A stretch of DNA of 64,000 nt from Hydrogenophilales bacterium (GTDB taxonomy: Bacteria; Pseudomonadota; Gammaproteobacteria; Burkholderiales; Eutrophovitaceae): NCBI GenBank assembly GCA_902601765.1, contig CACKOO010000002.1:28130-92129 (forward strand), in the 5' to 3' direction. How positions within the stretch are numbered: position 1 is the first letter of the stretch; every line of letters begins with the position of its first letter. The notes under the pieces are model-generated. The model saw only the letters and a program-made list of their open reading frames with translations, searched no databases and had not been told where the DNA came from. The translations under genes were made by a program, and so were the position numbers. Shown here piece by piece: positions 10,408 to 18,807 of this stretch.

Positions 10408-11220
10408 TTGGATTTATTTACTACCTGCGAGGCCTGTAATACAGTTTTTAAAGTTACTACGGCGGAATTGAGAGTGTCCAGTGGTACTGTCAGGTGTGGA
10501 TATTGTCGCGCGGTGTTTGATGCTTTTGATACGCTAACATCGCATATTCCAATTGCCGCCAAGGATTTCGACGACACCAGCAAACCGGAAGTACAAAAAT
10601 CTTTTGAAGACCATTTAAAAGTTCCTGATCAAATAGCTCAACCTGAACCTACCCCTGCTAAAGATGATCAGAGCCGTGATAAAATCAATTTATATGAAAC
10701 TGAATTTAGAGTTGCCCCAAGAAGGAAAACAATAATTTATTTTTTGGTGCTATTGATTTTCGGAGCTGCTGCCTTTTTGCAATGGCTTTACATAGAACGG
10801 CAAGCAATAGCTGCAAAGTATCCGAGTATTTATGGGGCAATAATTGGATTTTGTAGTAACCCAGAATGCGGTTCCTCAATTGTAAATTCTACAATATGGT
10901 TAGATATTGAGTCTTCTGACCTGGTTTTAAACAGCAATCCAAATGAAAATAATGTGGAGCTTGGCGTCCTTATTAGAAACAAAGCGTTTTTTGATTTAAA
11001 GTATCCAACGCTAGAAATTAGTTTACAGGATAAAAGTGGAAACGAAGTTCACCGCCGTTTGTTTTTACCAATAGATTATCTAGAATATGAAGTTATGAAA
11101 AGCGGCTTCAAGGCCGACAGTGAAATCCAGGTGGAGATTGGCTTCGATGTTGAGTTAAAAACCATAACCGACTATCGGTTAACTTTATTACCAAGCAAGC
11201 AGTTTATAACCGGTAATTAG
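10408..11220 (+). CDS. MJ0042-type zinc-ribbon / DUF3426-like membrane protein
   Basis: N-terminal C-x2-C ... C-x2-C ribbon (TTCEACNTVFKV...VRCGYCRAVFDA), a central TM helix, then a beta-rich C-terminal domain. TTG start at 10408 lies 7 nt after AGGAAAAAGG, and the track start at 10333 overlaps prmA. A gene of this type commonly follows prmA. Confidence 0.7.
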   Translation: MDLFTTCEACNTVFKVTTAELRVSSGTVRCGYCRAVFDAFDTLTSHIPIAAKDFDDTSKPEVQKSFEDHLKVPDQIAQPEPTPAKDDQSRDKINLYETEFRVAPRRKTIIYFLVLLIFGAAAFLQWLYIERQAIAAKYPSIYGAIIGFCSNPECGSSIVNSTIWLDIESSDLVLNSNPNENNVELGVLIRNKAFFDLKYPTLEISLQDKSGNEVHRRLFLPIDYLEYEVMKSGFKADSEIQVEIGFDVELKTITDYRLTLLPSKQFITGN

Positions 11221-11249
11221 TGGAACATGGGTTTTTTGTAAGGTAATTT

Positions 11250-11729
11250 TTGGTGACTGTGGAAAAAAAACAATTTACTATTTTCGAGCGTATGATATTA
11301 TTTTTTTTAATCGGAATCGTTACCTCATCAGTTTTGAAAAATCAATATGAGCACACACTTTTAAAAAAAATCTTCATGCGCGTTACCGAGGAATTAAAAC
11401 CTTGCCTTGCCAAGGTTGAAAAATCATATTTAGGAAAATCCTCAAGCTCAATCTCTGATGCCGTCTCTCTCTGCACTGATATTAAGAGTGATTTCTTTCA
11501 AGTTTCTACTTTGAATGTAAACGGAGTGATTAAACTTTCCATATTTTATCCAGAATTTCCTATAAAAAATCTCAATCTTGTGCCTATTGTTATGGACGAT
11601 TTAGCCGAAATTTCAGGTAATAAAGATCAAAAAATTAATCGATGGCGATGTGATTTTACTCAAGGACTAAAACCCACTGAGTTAGAAATTATGGATCTCC
11701 TCTGCGATCGATTAAATCAAGATCACTGA
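11250..11729 (+). CDS. type IV pilin-like protein with non-canonical (Gln -1) prepilin site
   Basis: N-terminus (M)VTVEKKQ|FTIFERMILFFLIGIV resembles the class III signal G|FTLIELMIVVAIIGIL with Glu+5 retained. The C-terminal RWRC..17 aa..C pair resembles a pilin disulfide loop. SD TAAGGT lies 6 nt before TTG 11250. Confidence 0.45.
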   Translation: MVTVEKKQFTIFERMILFFLIGIVTSSVLKNQYEHTLLKKIFMRVTEELKPCLAKVEKSYLGKSSSSISDAVSLCTDIKSDFFQVSTLNVNGVIKLSIFYPEFPIKNLNLVPIVMDDLAEISGNKDQKINRWRCDFTQGLKPTELEIMDLLCDRLNQDH

Positions 11730-11768
11730 AAATTGTTCTCTCTACAAGTGAAATTATATTATGTGAAG

Positions 11769-12602
11769 CTATTTTCTGTATACGGAAGATTGTAATGGAA
11801 GCCCGTTGCTTAAAAAAGAATGAAAAAACTCTATATCGTTGAATTCTTTACTACCTGCTGCGAAAGGTGTTGCCCGCATGGCTTCCATACACCGGCGATA
11901 TCTCATATGTAGCGTGAATAGAAACTCACCCCCCCGAAAAACAGGGAAATGTGAGGTATGTCCTACCGCTGGAGAGATCAATTCATCCCTAAAGTAGTGT
12001 CCGGCATGTGTGATATGACAAGATGCGCAGGAGAGATTTAATTGGCCCATTCGTTTATGAAACAAACCTCGTCCATTGAAGTACCTTTGAAATGAACCTG
12101 AAGAGGATATAACCACTTTTGTTAGATAACCATCGGATAGTTTTCTGGCATAAGCAGTTAGAACTCCCATAGAGTCAACGTCATCGTATGGAAAAGGTTT
12201 TTCACCGTTTTGGGTTAAGCATTCATTAATTTTCATTTCAAAGGTTATAATTCGATCTTCTCTCTCATTATATTCTGGATATTTAGCGGCTTCTCCAAAC
12301 CCTTGGCTTTTAAAGCAATCTTCGAAGTGTTTTCCATTTTTAAATGGGGTTTTCCAGATTTTTTCACCACGATCTATGTCATCTTCGAAAGGCGGAAATT
12401 GCATAATACTGTGGTATTGCGCTTTGGCGTCTTCCGAGAACATTAAAGCCCCATAAATATAATCGTTAAAATCTATGTCAGGGAATTGAGTTTTAAAAAA
12501 AATAAGTAAATTCTTCCTATCAATTTCGGGGTCAGATTTATTAACAGGTTCGGCAGAGACATCTATCATTAAGAGCAATGCTAAGATTAAAAGAACTTTC
12601 AC
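11769..12602 (-). CDS. soxA: thiosulfate-oxidation cytochrome c SoxA (mono-haem type)
   Basis: It has a signal peptide, a single CxxCH (LSCASCH) and the conserved RYRRCMEAMRA segment carrying the Cys haem ligand. It lies downstream of soxX-Y-Z. Confidence 0.85.
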   Translation of the reverse strand: MKVLLILALLLMIDVSAEPVNKSDPEIDRKNLLIFFKTQFPDIDFNDYIYGALMFSEDAKAQYHSIMQFPPFEDDIDRGEKIWKTPFKNGKHFEDCFKSQGFGEAAKYPEYNEREDRIITFEMKINECLTQNGEKPFPYDDVDSMGVLTAYARKLSDGYLTKVVISSSGSFQRYFNGRGLFHKRMGQLNLSCASCHITHAGHYFRDELISPAVGHTSHFPVFRGGEFLFTLHMRYRRCMEAMRATPFAAGSKEFNDIEFFHSFLSNGLPLQSSVYRK

Positions 12603-12913
12603 TTAACCACAGTTTCTATTTTTCCAGTTTGATCAAAATTATCGTGCCAAGAGATTTTAATTTTATCACCAACCACTACGTTCTTAAGTTTAAAGTGCAG
12701 GAACGGATTCCGAGAAACTGACCTGCTAAGATGAGATTCTATAACTAAAGTTTCGTTTAACTCAATCGTCAGAATTTCTATAAAGTGGCGAGGAATTAAT
12801 TTCTTTGTTACGGAGTCTTTCCTTAGTCCACTTTCCATTGGATGAAAAATTAACATTTTTAGATCCGCTATCTTTCCTTTTAAAGTGACTCGAGTTTTAA
12901 TTTTGTTTTTCAT
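12599..12913 (-). CDS. soxZ: sulfur-carrier complex subunit SoxZ
   Basis: MKNKIKTRVTLKGKIADLKMLIFHPMESG is a typical SoxZ N-terminus. The start is set at ATG 12913, preceded by GGAGAGGAAAC. The track start at 12946 (GTG) would overlap soxY. Confidence 0.8.
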   Translation of the reverse strand: MKNKIKTRVTLKGKIADLKMLIFHPMESGLRKDSVTKKLIPRHFIEILTIELNETLVIESHLSRSVSRNPFLHFKLKNVVVGDKIKISWHDNFDQTGKIETVVK

Positions 12914-12927
12914 TGAATCTTTTTTCT

Positions 12928-13392
12928 TCAGGTTTCCTCTCCGCACCCGCCTATAGTTACTTTTACCATGCGTCTGTTAGCATAGAATTTTTTCTCTTTC
13001 GTTTCCACTACTACTAAAAGCTCCGACGATTCCCTCATCTTAATTCTTGTTGAGACAAAAGGATAACTAGTATCACTAAACAAAAATTTTGCGGTAAGAG
13101 GGCTCGGGTTCTTTCCCACAAAAATATAAATGGCGTTAGTTTTGATAATATGACTGTATATTTCGACCGGGACTATCGTTCCGTTTTCTGCAATTTGAGG
13201 AACTTTTATTTCCACCTCATCCGATTGTATTAAGTACTCAGCTCCAATTAGTTCGATACTGTTATCCAATTGATCAGCGTTAAATGCTGTTTTGTTCCAT
13301 CGGTTCGCGAAAGACTTAAAAGGTATCCAAGTGAGGGCTAGAAATATCCCTACTGATTTAATTGTGTATCGTCTCGAGGCGTTTTTTTTCAT
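12928..13392 (-). CDS. soxY: sulfur-carrier protein SoxY (C-terminus GGCGEET)
   Basis: Tat-like signal (SRRYTIK) and a C-terminal VKVTIGGCG carrier-cysteine motif. It lies immediately upstream of soxZ. Confidence 0.85.
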   Translation of the reverse strand: MKKNASRRYTIKSVGIFLALTWIPFKSFANRWNKTAFNADQLDNSIELIGAEYLIQSDEVEIKVPQIAENGTIVPVEIYSHIIKTNAIYIFVGKNPSPLTAKFLFSDTSYPFVSTRIKMRESSELLVVVETKEKKFYANRRMVKVTIGGCGEET

Positions 13393-13398
13393 TAATTT

Positions 13399-13770
13399 TT
13401 ACAAGGTGTAAAGATAGTCTACGATAAATTTAATTTCTAGTTCTGTTAAGATTTTGTGTTTCCCAAAAGGAGGCATAATCGTATTGGGATTAGCTTGTGT
13501 AGGATCCCAAATTTGTTTTGTTAGATTTGTCCGCAGCGGAAACCGTTGTTTTATTCCGATCAGAGGGGGACCGATATTAGCGAGCGAGACTATTTTTTTT
13601 TCCGCTGGTATTGAATGGCATGCTATGCAATTTCCTTTGGATACAGATATCGTTAAGCTCCTCCCGATCGATTCAGGTTCAGCTTGGATAAAATGTTCTG
13701 TGGCCCCAAAAACAGAACCTGTAGATAACAGGATCATAAGCCCGGTAACGATGATTATATTTTGCGGCAT
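13399..13770 (-). CDS. soxX: mono-haem cytochrome c SoxX
   Basis: It has a signal peptide, CIACH haem motif and distal IMPPFG Met ligand region. It is the first gene of the soxXYZA run. Confidence 0.75.
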   Translation of the reverse strand: MPQNIIIVTGLMILLSTGSVFGATEHFIQAEPESIGRSLTISVSKGNCIACHSIPAEKKIVSLANIGPPLIGIKQRFPLRTNLTKQIWDPTQANPNTIMPPFGKHKILTELEIKFIVDYLYTL

Positions 13771-13806
13771 ATTTGTTGGTAGTGATCACTTATTATAAGA
13801 ACTCGC

Positions 13807-14289
13807 TCAATTTGAGCTCGGCTGCCAATGCCCAGATTTTCCTCCTTGTTTTTCCACGAGTCGGATATCTCTTACTTGCATTCCTCGGTCTACAGCCTTG
13901 CACATATCATAGATTGTCAACAGCGCGATGCTTACTCCAGTTAAAGCTTCCATTTCAACCCCAGTTTTGCCCATGGTTTCTGCTCTGACATTACACTTGA
14001 TCGAAATGTTCTCTTCATCTACTTCAAAATCTACTGCCACACTGGTTAAACCAATAGGATGACAAAGTGGTATAAGATTGGATGTTTGCTTCGTGGCTTG
14101 TATTGATGCGATCCTCGCTACCCCTAGTACATCTCCTTTTTTTGCCGACCCCGACTGTATAATATCCAAAGTCTCTCTTCGCATGAAAATTGCTCCACTC
14201 GCAACGGCCAAACGCTGGGTTGGCTGTTTCTCTCCAACATCTACCATGTGCGCCTGACCGTTAGAGTCAAAATGGTTAAGTCCGATCAA
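13807..14289 (-). CDS. moaC: cyclic pyranopterin monophosphate synthase
   Basis: [19 protein letters not shown] and DMCKAVD motifs. 160 aa. Confidence 0.93.
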   Translation of the reverse strand: MIGLNHFDSNGQAHMVDVGEKQPTQRLAVASGAIFMRRETLDIIQSGSAKKGDVLGVARIASIQATKQTSNLIPLCHPIGLTSVAVDFEVDEENISIKCNVRAETMGKTGVEMEALTGVSIALLTIYDMCKAVDRGMQVRDIRLVEKQGGKSGHWQPSSN

Positions 14290-14373
14290 TTGAATGCGTC
14301 TCTCTGATAATATATGATTTTGCTATGATTGATTTAATAGCTTTAATTATGCCCCATTACGACCAATAATAGC

Positions 14374-15798
14374 ATGAAAAATCTTGTATTCTCTTTTTTG
14401 TTTGGCTTGCTTTTGAATATATCTATGGCAGCAGACCTGCCCGCTCTTGGTGACTCCGATGAATCGGTTATAAGTCGATCACAAGAGCAGAAATTGGGTA
14501 AGTCAATTATGTATCGTTTGCGAAAAGGCGGTAATTACCTCGATGATCCTGAAATTGAGGATTATATTAATATGCTTGGTTATAAATTGGTGTCTAATAG
14601 CCCAGTACCAGCGGGTTCAATTAAACTTTTTGTGGTGGAAGATAATAGCTTGAATGCCTTTGCGTTACCAGGAGGGTTTATCGGCGTTCACACAGGTCTT
14701 TTGACCAAGGTGAGGAGTGAGTCTGAATTAGCTAGTGTTTTGGCTCATGAAATCGCGCACGTTAGTCAAAGGCATATAGCTAGAATGATAGCTGGTCAAA
14801 AGCGAGCAGGTATGGCATCTGTAGCAGCATTAGCCGTAGCAATCTTAGCATCCCGGTCCAGTGGGAATATTTCAGCAGCGGCAGTTACCGGTGCGCAAGC
14901 CGGGCTTATCCAAAACCGCTTAAACTTTAGCCGAGATTATGAATTCGAGGCAGATCGTATCGGATTAAAAATTATTCAAAATTCTGATTTTGACGAGCAT
15001 GCGGTTGAGAGTTTTTTAAGGTTTATGCAGCGCAGCACAGAGTCTTCCGTTTCTGGTACGCCCTCTTACTTGCGAACGCATCCTTTTTTTTACGAGCGGT
15101 TAGCAGACATTCAAAACCGCCTTCAAAAATCTCGTTTTAAACAAATCCCTGACAGCCTGGCGTTTAACTTAGTAAAGGCAAGGGTAAAGGCTCGAAGTGA
15201 TTTTCCAGAGAATTCAGTTAAACGATTTTTAGCTCAATTAAACAGCAGAAACTATATCAGTGAAATAACAGTAGTGTATGGATTGGTTTATTCGTTATAT
15301 CTGGCGCGCCAATATGAATATGCCGCTGAAATGGGCAATTATCTTCTAGGACTTAATTCGGACGATCCTATGATTTTAGCTTTGGTTGGATCAGTACTGG
15401 TGAAAGCCGGTGATTTTGATGGTGGTCTTTACCTCTTTGAAAAAGCACTAGTAGATTTTCCAAATCGCTTGTCCCTGGCTTATCGTTACGCAAATTCCCT
15501 TTTGGATATTGGCAGACCAGCCCAGGCTGTGAATTTTTTAGACAATATCATTTTCAACTACAAGTACGAACCAAGATTGTTTCGTTTGCAAGCAAAGGGT
15601 TACGCGGCGATAGGTAACCACTTGCTGCAACATCGTGCCCAAGCCGAAGCTTATTTTTATGAAGGAGAAATTACAATGGCGATAGAGCAACTAAAATTGG
15701 CCAAAGCTACCAACAAAGGTAATTTTTTCGAAAAATCTAGTTTAGAGGCAAGGATGAAGGAATTCAAAAAAATGAAAGATAGTTTATCCGTCCATTAA
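14374..15798 (+). CDS. periplasmic M48 metalloprotease with C-terminal TPR domain (BepA/YfgC-like)
   Basis: It has a signal peptide and the HEIAHVSQRH zinc motif (HExxH). The C-terminal half has TPR-like repeats. Confidence 0.8.
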   Translation: MKNLVFSFLFGLLLNISMAADLPALGDSDESVISRSQEQKLGKSIMYRLRKGGNYLDDPEIEDYINMLGYKLVSNSPVPAGSIKLFVVEDNSLNAFALPGGFIGVHTGLLTKVRSESELASVLAHEIAHVSQRHIARMIAGQKRAGMASVAALAVAILASRSSGNISAAAVTGAQAGLIQNRLNFSRDYEFEADRIGLKIIQNSDFDEHAVESFLRFMQRSTESSVSGTPSYLRTHPFFYERLADIQNRLQKSRFKQIPDSLAFNLVKARVKARSDFPENSVKRFLAQLNSRNYISEITVVYGLVYSLYLARQYEYAAEMGNYLLGLNSDDPMILALVGSVLVKAGDFDGGLYLFEKALVDFPNRLSLAYRYANSLLDIGRPAQAVNFLDNIIFNYKYEPRLFRLQAKGYAAIGNHLLQHRAQAEAYFYEGEITMAIEQLKLAKATNKGNFFEKSSLEARMKEFKKMKDSLSVH

Positions 15799-15880
15799 CT
15801 TTTTGAAAAAACCCTATTACTTATCATTAAAAATCCCATATCATTACGGTAATTAAAATCATCTAATTTTAACTTTACAT

Positions 15881-16129
15881 ATGGCAGATGCAAACACAAC
15901 TACAAACTACGATATAAACCTAGATGCGAGAGGATTAGATTGTCCCCTCCCAATTCTCCGAACAAAAAAAAGTTTAAATTCGATGTCATCAGGACAATTA
16001 TTAAAAGTTCTTGCCACGGATCCAGGCTCCATTAGAGACTTTGAGGCCTTTTCAAAACAAACCGGCCACATACTTGTGGAGTCCGGTGACTCGAATGGAG
16101 AATATGTTTTTGTTTTACGAAAAAAGTAG
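15881..16129 (+). CDS. TusA-family sulfurtransferase / sulfur carrier
   Basis: 82 aa. LDARGLDCPLPILRTKK carries the conserved CPxP active-site motif. Confidence 0.8.
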   Translation: MADANTTTNYDINLDARGLDCPLPILRTKKSLNSMSSGQLLKVLATDPGSIRDFEAFSKQTGHILVESGDSNGEYVFVLRKK

Positions 16130-16141
16130 AGGAGATTCTAA

Positions 16142-16768
16142 TTGCCTACCGACCGAATAATCACTGAGTTTGACCGTGCTTTAAAAGCCCTGCGTCAATT
16201 TGAAGGAGGGCTAGACAAAAACACAAACAAGGGAGATGATTGCTCTAGGGAAATGTCCGCCAACGAGGTTGCGGAATCTGGTGCGTTAATGCGCGTGAAT
16301 CATACTGGAGAAGTTTGCGCTCAGGCACTTTATTCAGGGCAATTAATATCAGCTCGAGATCCGTGTATTCAAGATTTGTTATTTCAAGTGGTTGAAGAAG
16401 AAGCTTCGCATCTAGAAATGACTGGCAATAGATTGAGCGAGCTCGGTGAAAGAACGAGCAGGTTAGATCCTTTTTTTTATACCGGAGCTTTTTTACTCGG
16501 TTTCGTGGCTGGATCATTTGGAAACAAATGGAGTCTGGGTTTTGTGGCTGAGACAGAGAAGCAAGTTGCGGAACATTTGGATGATTACATAAACCGTCTT
16601 CCTAACGTAGATCAGAAAAGTCGTTCTATTTTGAAGGAAATGAAAGAGGATGAAATTCGCCATGGCGACCAGGCGGTCAGATATGGAGGTTCCGAATTGC
16701 CAGAGCCGGTCAAGAATTTTATGAGCTTTTCGGCGTTGTTAATGAAAAAAATTTCTTATCGACTCTAA
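16142..16768 (+). CDS. coq7: demethoxyubiquinone hydroxylase (di-iron Coq7 family)
   Basis: RVNHTGEVCAQALY plus EExH-type motifs (EEEASHL, EDEIRHG). TTG start lies 7 nt after GGAG. Confidence 0.85.
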   Translation: MPTDRIITEFDRALKALRQFEGGLDKNTNKGDDCSREMSANEVAESGALMRVNHTGEVCAQALYSGQLISARDPCIQDLLFQVVEEEASHLEMTGNRLSELGERTSRLDPFFYTGAFLLGFVAGSFGNKWSLGFVAETEKQVAEHLDDYINRLPNVDQKSRSILKEMKEDEIRHGDQAVRYGGSELPEPVKNFMSFSALLMKKISYRL

Positions 16769-16924
16769 TCCGCCGATCCCAAAGGTCAACTACGCTCGAC
16801 TAATTAATGACTATATTGCATTTTTTTGTCAATTTATAATAATAAAATTCGCCATTAAGACAAATACTTAATCGAAATGGCCTGTCTTATATTTGCGGCC
16901 TAAGTTAGAATAGGAAGGTAGAAA

Positions 16925-16954
16925 ATGAGATTCAGTAACACAAATGATAGATGA
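16925..16954 (+). promoter_or_regulatory. 9-codon upstream mini-ORF (MRFSNTNDR) with strong SD, overlapping the petA start; possible translational coupling device
   Basis: AGGAAGG (16912-16918) lies 6 nt before ATG 16925. The stop TGA at 16952-16954 overlaps the petA ATG at 16944, which has no SD of its own. Confidence 0.3.
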
Positions 16955-17534
16955 AGATACTCGCCGGAAAAGGCGAATTTTAGTTCTCGGGACCTCAGCC
17001 GCGGGGATCATAGGGGGGCTAGGGGCCGCTATTCCGTTTATCGCGAGTATGGCTCCAAGTGCCAAAGCACGGGCAGCAGGTGCTCCAGTTGAGGTGGATC
17101 TTGACGGCTTGGAGCCAGGCATGATGATTACCTTAGAATGGCGGGGGAAACCTGTTTGGGTTCTCCATCGTACTGATGCTATGTTAGAGTCTTTGGAAAA
17201 GATAGTAGATAAAGTTCAAGACCCATCATCAGCAGCACCTATGCAGCCAAGTTATGCTCTTAATGCTCACCGATCTATAAAACCGCAGTATCTTGTATTA
17301 GTTGGGATTTGTACACACCTGGGTTGTTCGCCCACACAAAAGTTGGCGGTTGGACCGGCAAGTGGTTTGGGAGAAGATTGGAATGGGGGATTTTTTTGTC
17401 CTTGTCACGGGTCAAAGTTCGACTTGGCTGGTAGGGTCTACAAAGGAGTCCCAGCTCCCGTTAATCTTGAGGTACCTCCCCACATGTATTTATCAGAAAA
17501 TTCACTAGTGATTGGGGAGGAGAAAGAGGTTTAG
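16944..17534 (+). CDS. petA: ubiquinol-cytochrome c reductase Rieske iron-sulfur subunit
   Basis: Twin-arginine leader (TRRKRRILV) and Rieske boxes CTHLGC and CPCHGSKFD. Confidence 0.95.
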   Translation: MIDEDTRRKRRILVLGTSAAGIIGGLGAAIPFIASMAPSAKARAAGAPVEVDLDGLEPGMMITLEWRGKPVWVLHRTDAMLESLEKIVDKVQDPSSAAPMQPSYALNAHRSIKPQYLVLVGICTHLGCSPTQKLAVGPASGLGEDWNGGFFCPCHGSKFDLAGRVYKGVPAPVNLEVPPHMYLSENSLVIGEEKEV

Positions 17535-17538
17535 TTTT

Positions 17539-18807
17539 ATGAGCTTTGCAAAATTAGCATTAAGGTGGGTAGATGATAGGTTCCCGCTTTCCTCGTTTCT
17601 TAAAAATCATCTCACTGAGTACTATGCGCCAAAAAACTTTAACTTTTGGTACTTCTTTGGTTCTTTGGCAATGTTGGTTCTCGTAATACAGATTGTTACG
17701 GGAATTTTCTTAACAATGCACTATAAACCAGATGCATCTCAGGCGTTCGCTTCAGTGGAGTATATTATGCGGGACGTTCCCTTGGGATGGTTAATAAGGT
17801 ATGTCCATTCAACTGGGGCCTCAATGTTCTTTGTAGTTATTTATTTGCACATGTTTAGAGCCCTTATGTATGGGTCGTATAGAAAACCTAGGGAACTACT
17901 TTGGTTGTTTGGGATGTTGATTTACCTCTGTTTGATGGCAGAGGCTTTTTTTGGATATCTTTTACCGTGGGGACAAATGTCATATTGGGGCGCTCAAGTA
18001 ATTATAAACTTGTTTGCTGCAATACCATTTGTGGGTCCAGATTTAGCGGTATGGATCCGTGGAGATTACGTCGTTTCAGATGCTACTCTCAATAGGTTTT
18101 TTGCATTTCATGTAATTGCAATTCCTCTAGTTATATTGGGATTAGTGACTTGCCATTTGGTGGCATTGCATGAGGTAGGATCCAACAATCCAGATGGTAT
18201 TGACATAAAAAAACATAAAGATAAGAGCGGTAAACCTCTGGATGGTATACCTTTCCACCCGTACTATACATTTAAGGATTTAGTAGGGGTAGTGGTGTTT
18301 CTTATGGTTTTTACACTTATAGTATTTTTCGCACCTGAGATGGGTGGGTACTTTTTGGAGTACAACAACTTCGTGCCAGCTGATCCCCTAAAGACACCCG
18401 ATCACATAGCGCCCGTTTGGTATTTTACTCCGTTTTACTCAATACTTAGGGCCATACCTCCTTTGTTTGGTTCACAATTTCCTGGGGTAATAGCGATGGG
18501 GTTAGCTGTAGTTGTACTTTTCTTTATGCCTTGGCTAGACAGGGGAGCAGTGAGCTCCATTAGGTATAGAGGTGTTATTTATAAATCTTGGCTCGCATCA
18601 TTTGTAATATCATTTCTCATACTAGGTTACCTTGGAGTAAAACCAACTAGTGTTTGGGGACAATTTGGAAACTGGTTAGACGGGGCAGACAGGGCAGTAG
18701 TAGTTGCGAGGGTATGTACGGCATCGTATTTCCTGTTTTTCTTTTTGATGCCGTGGTACACAAAAATAGACAAAACGAAGCCTGAGCCAGAGAGGGTTAC
18801 TTCTTGA
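17539..18807 (+). CDS. petB: cytochrome b
   Basis: Start at ATG 17539 follows GGAGGAGAAAGAGG. Typical cytochrome b sequence (NFNFWYFFGSLA, HSTGASMFF, PEWYFTPFY-like VWYFTPFYSILR). Confidence 0.95.
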   Translation: MSFAKLALRWVDDRFPLSSFLKNHLTEYYAPKNFNFWYFFGSLAMLVLVIQIVTGIFLTMHYKPDASQAFASVEYIMRDVPLGWLIRYVHSTGASMFFVVIYLHMFRALMYGSYRKPRELLWLFGMLIYLCLMAEAFFGYLLPWGQMSYWGAQVIINLFAAIPFVGPDLAVWIRGDYVVSDATLNRFFAFHVIAIPLVILGLVTCHLVALHEVGSNNPDGIDIKKHKDKSGKPLDGIPFHPYYTFKDLVGVVVFLMVFTLIVFFAPEMGGYFLEYNNFVPADPLKTPDHIAPVWYFTPFYSILRAIPPLFGSQFPGVIAMGLAVVVLFFMPWLDRGAVSSIRYRGVIYKSWLASFVISFLILGYLGVKPTSVWGQFGNWLDGADRAVVVARVCTASYFLFFFLMPWYTKIDKTKPEPERVTS

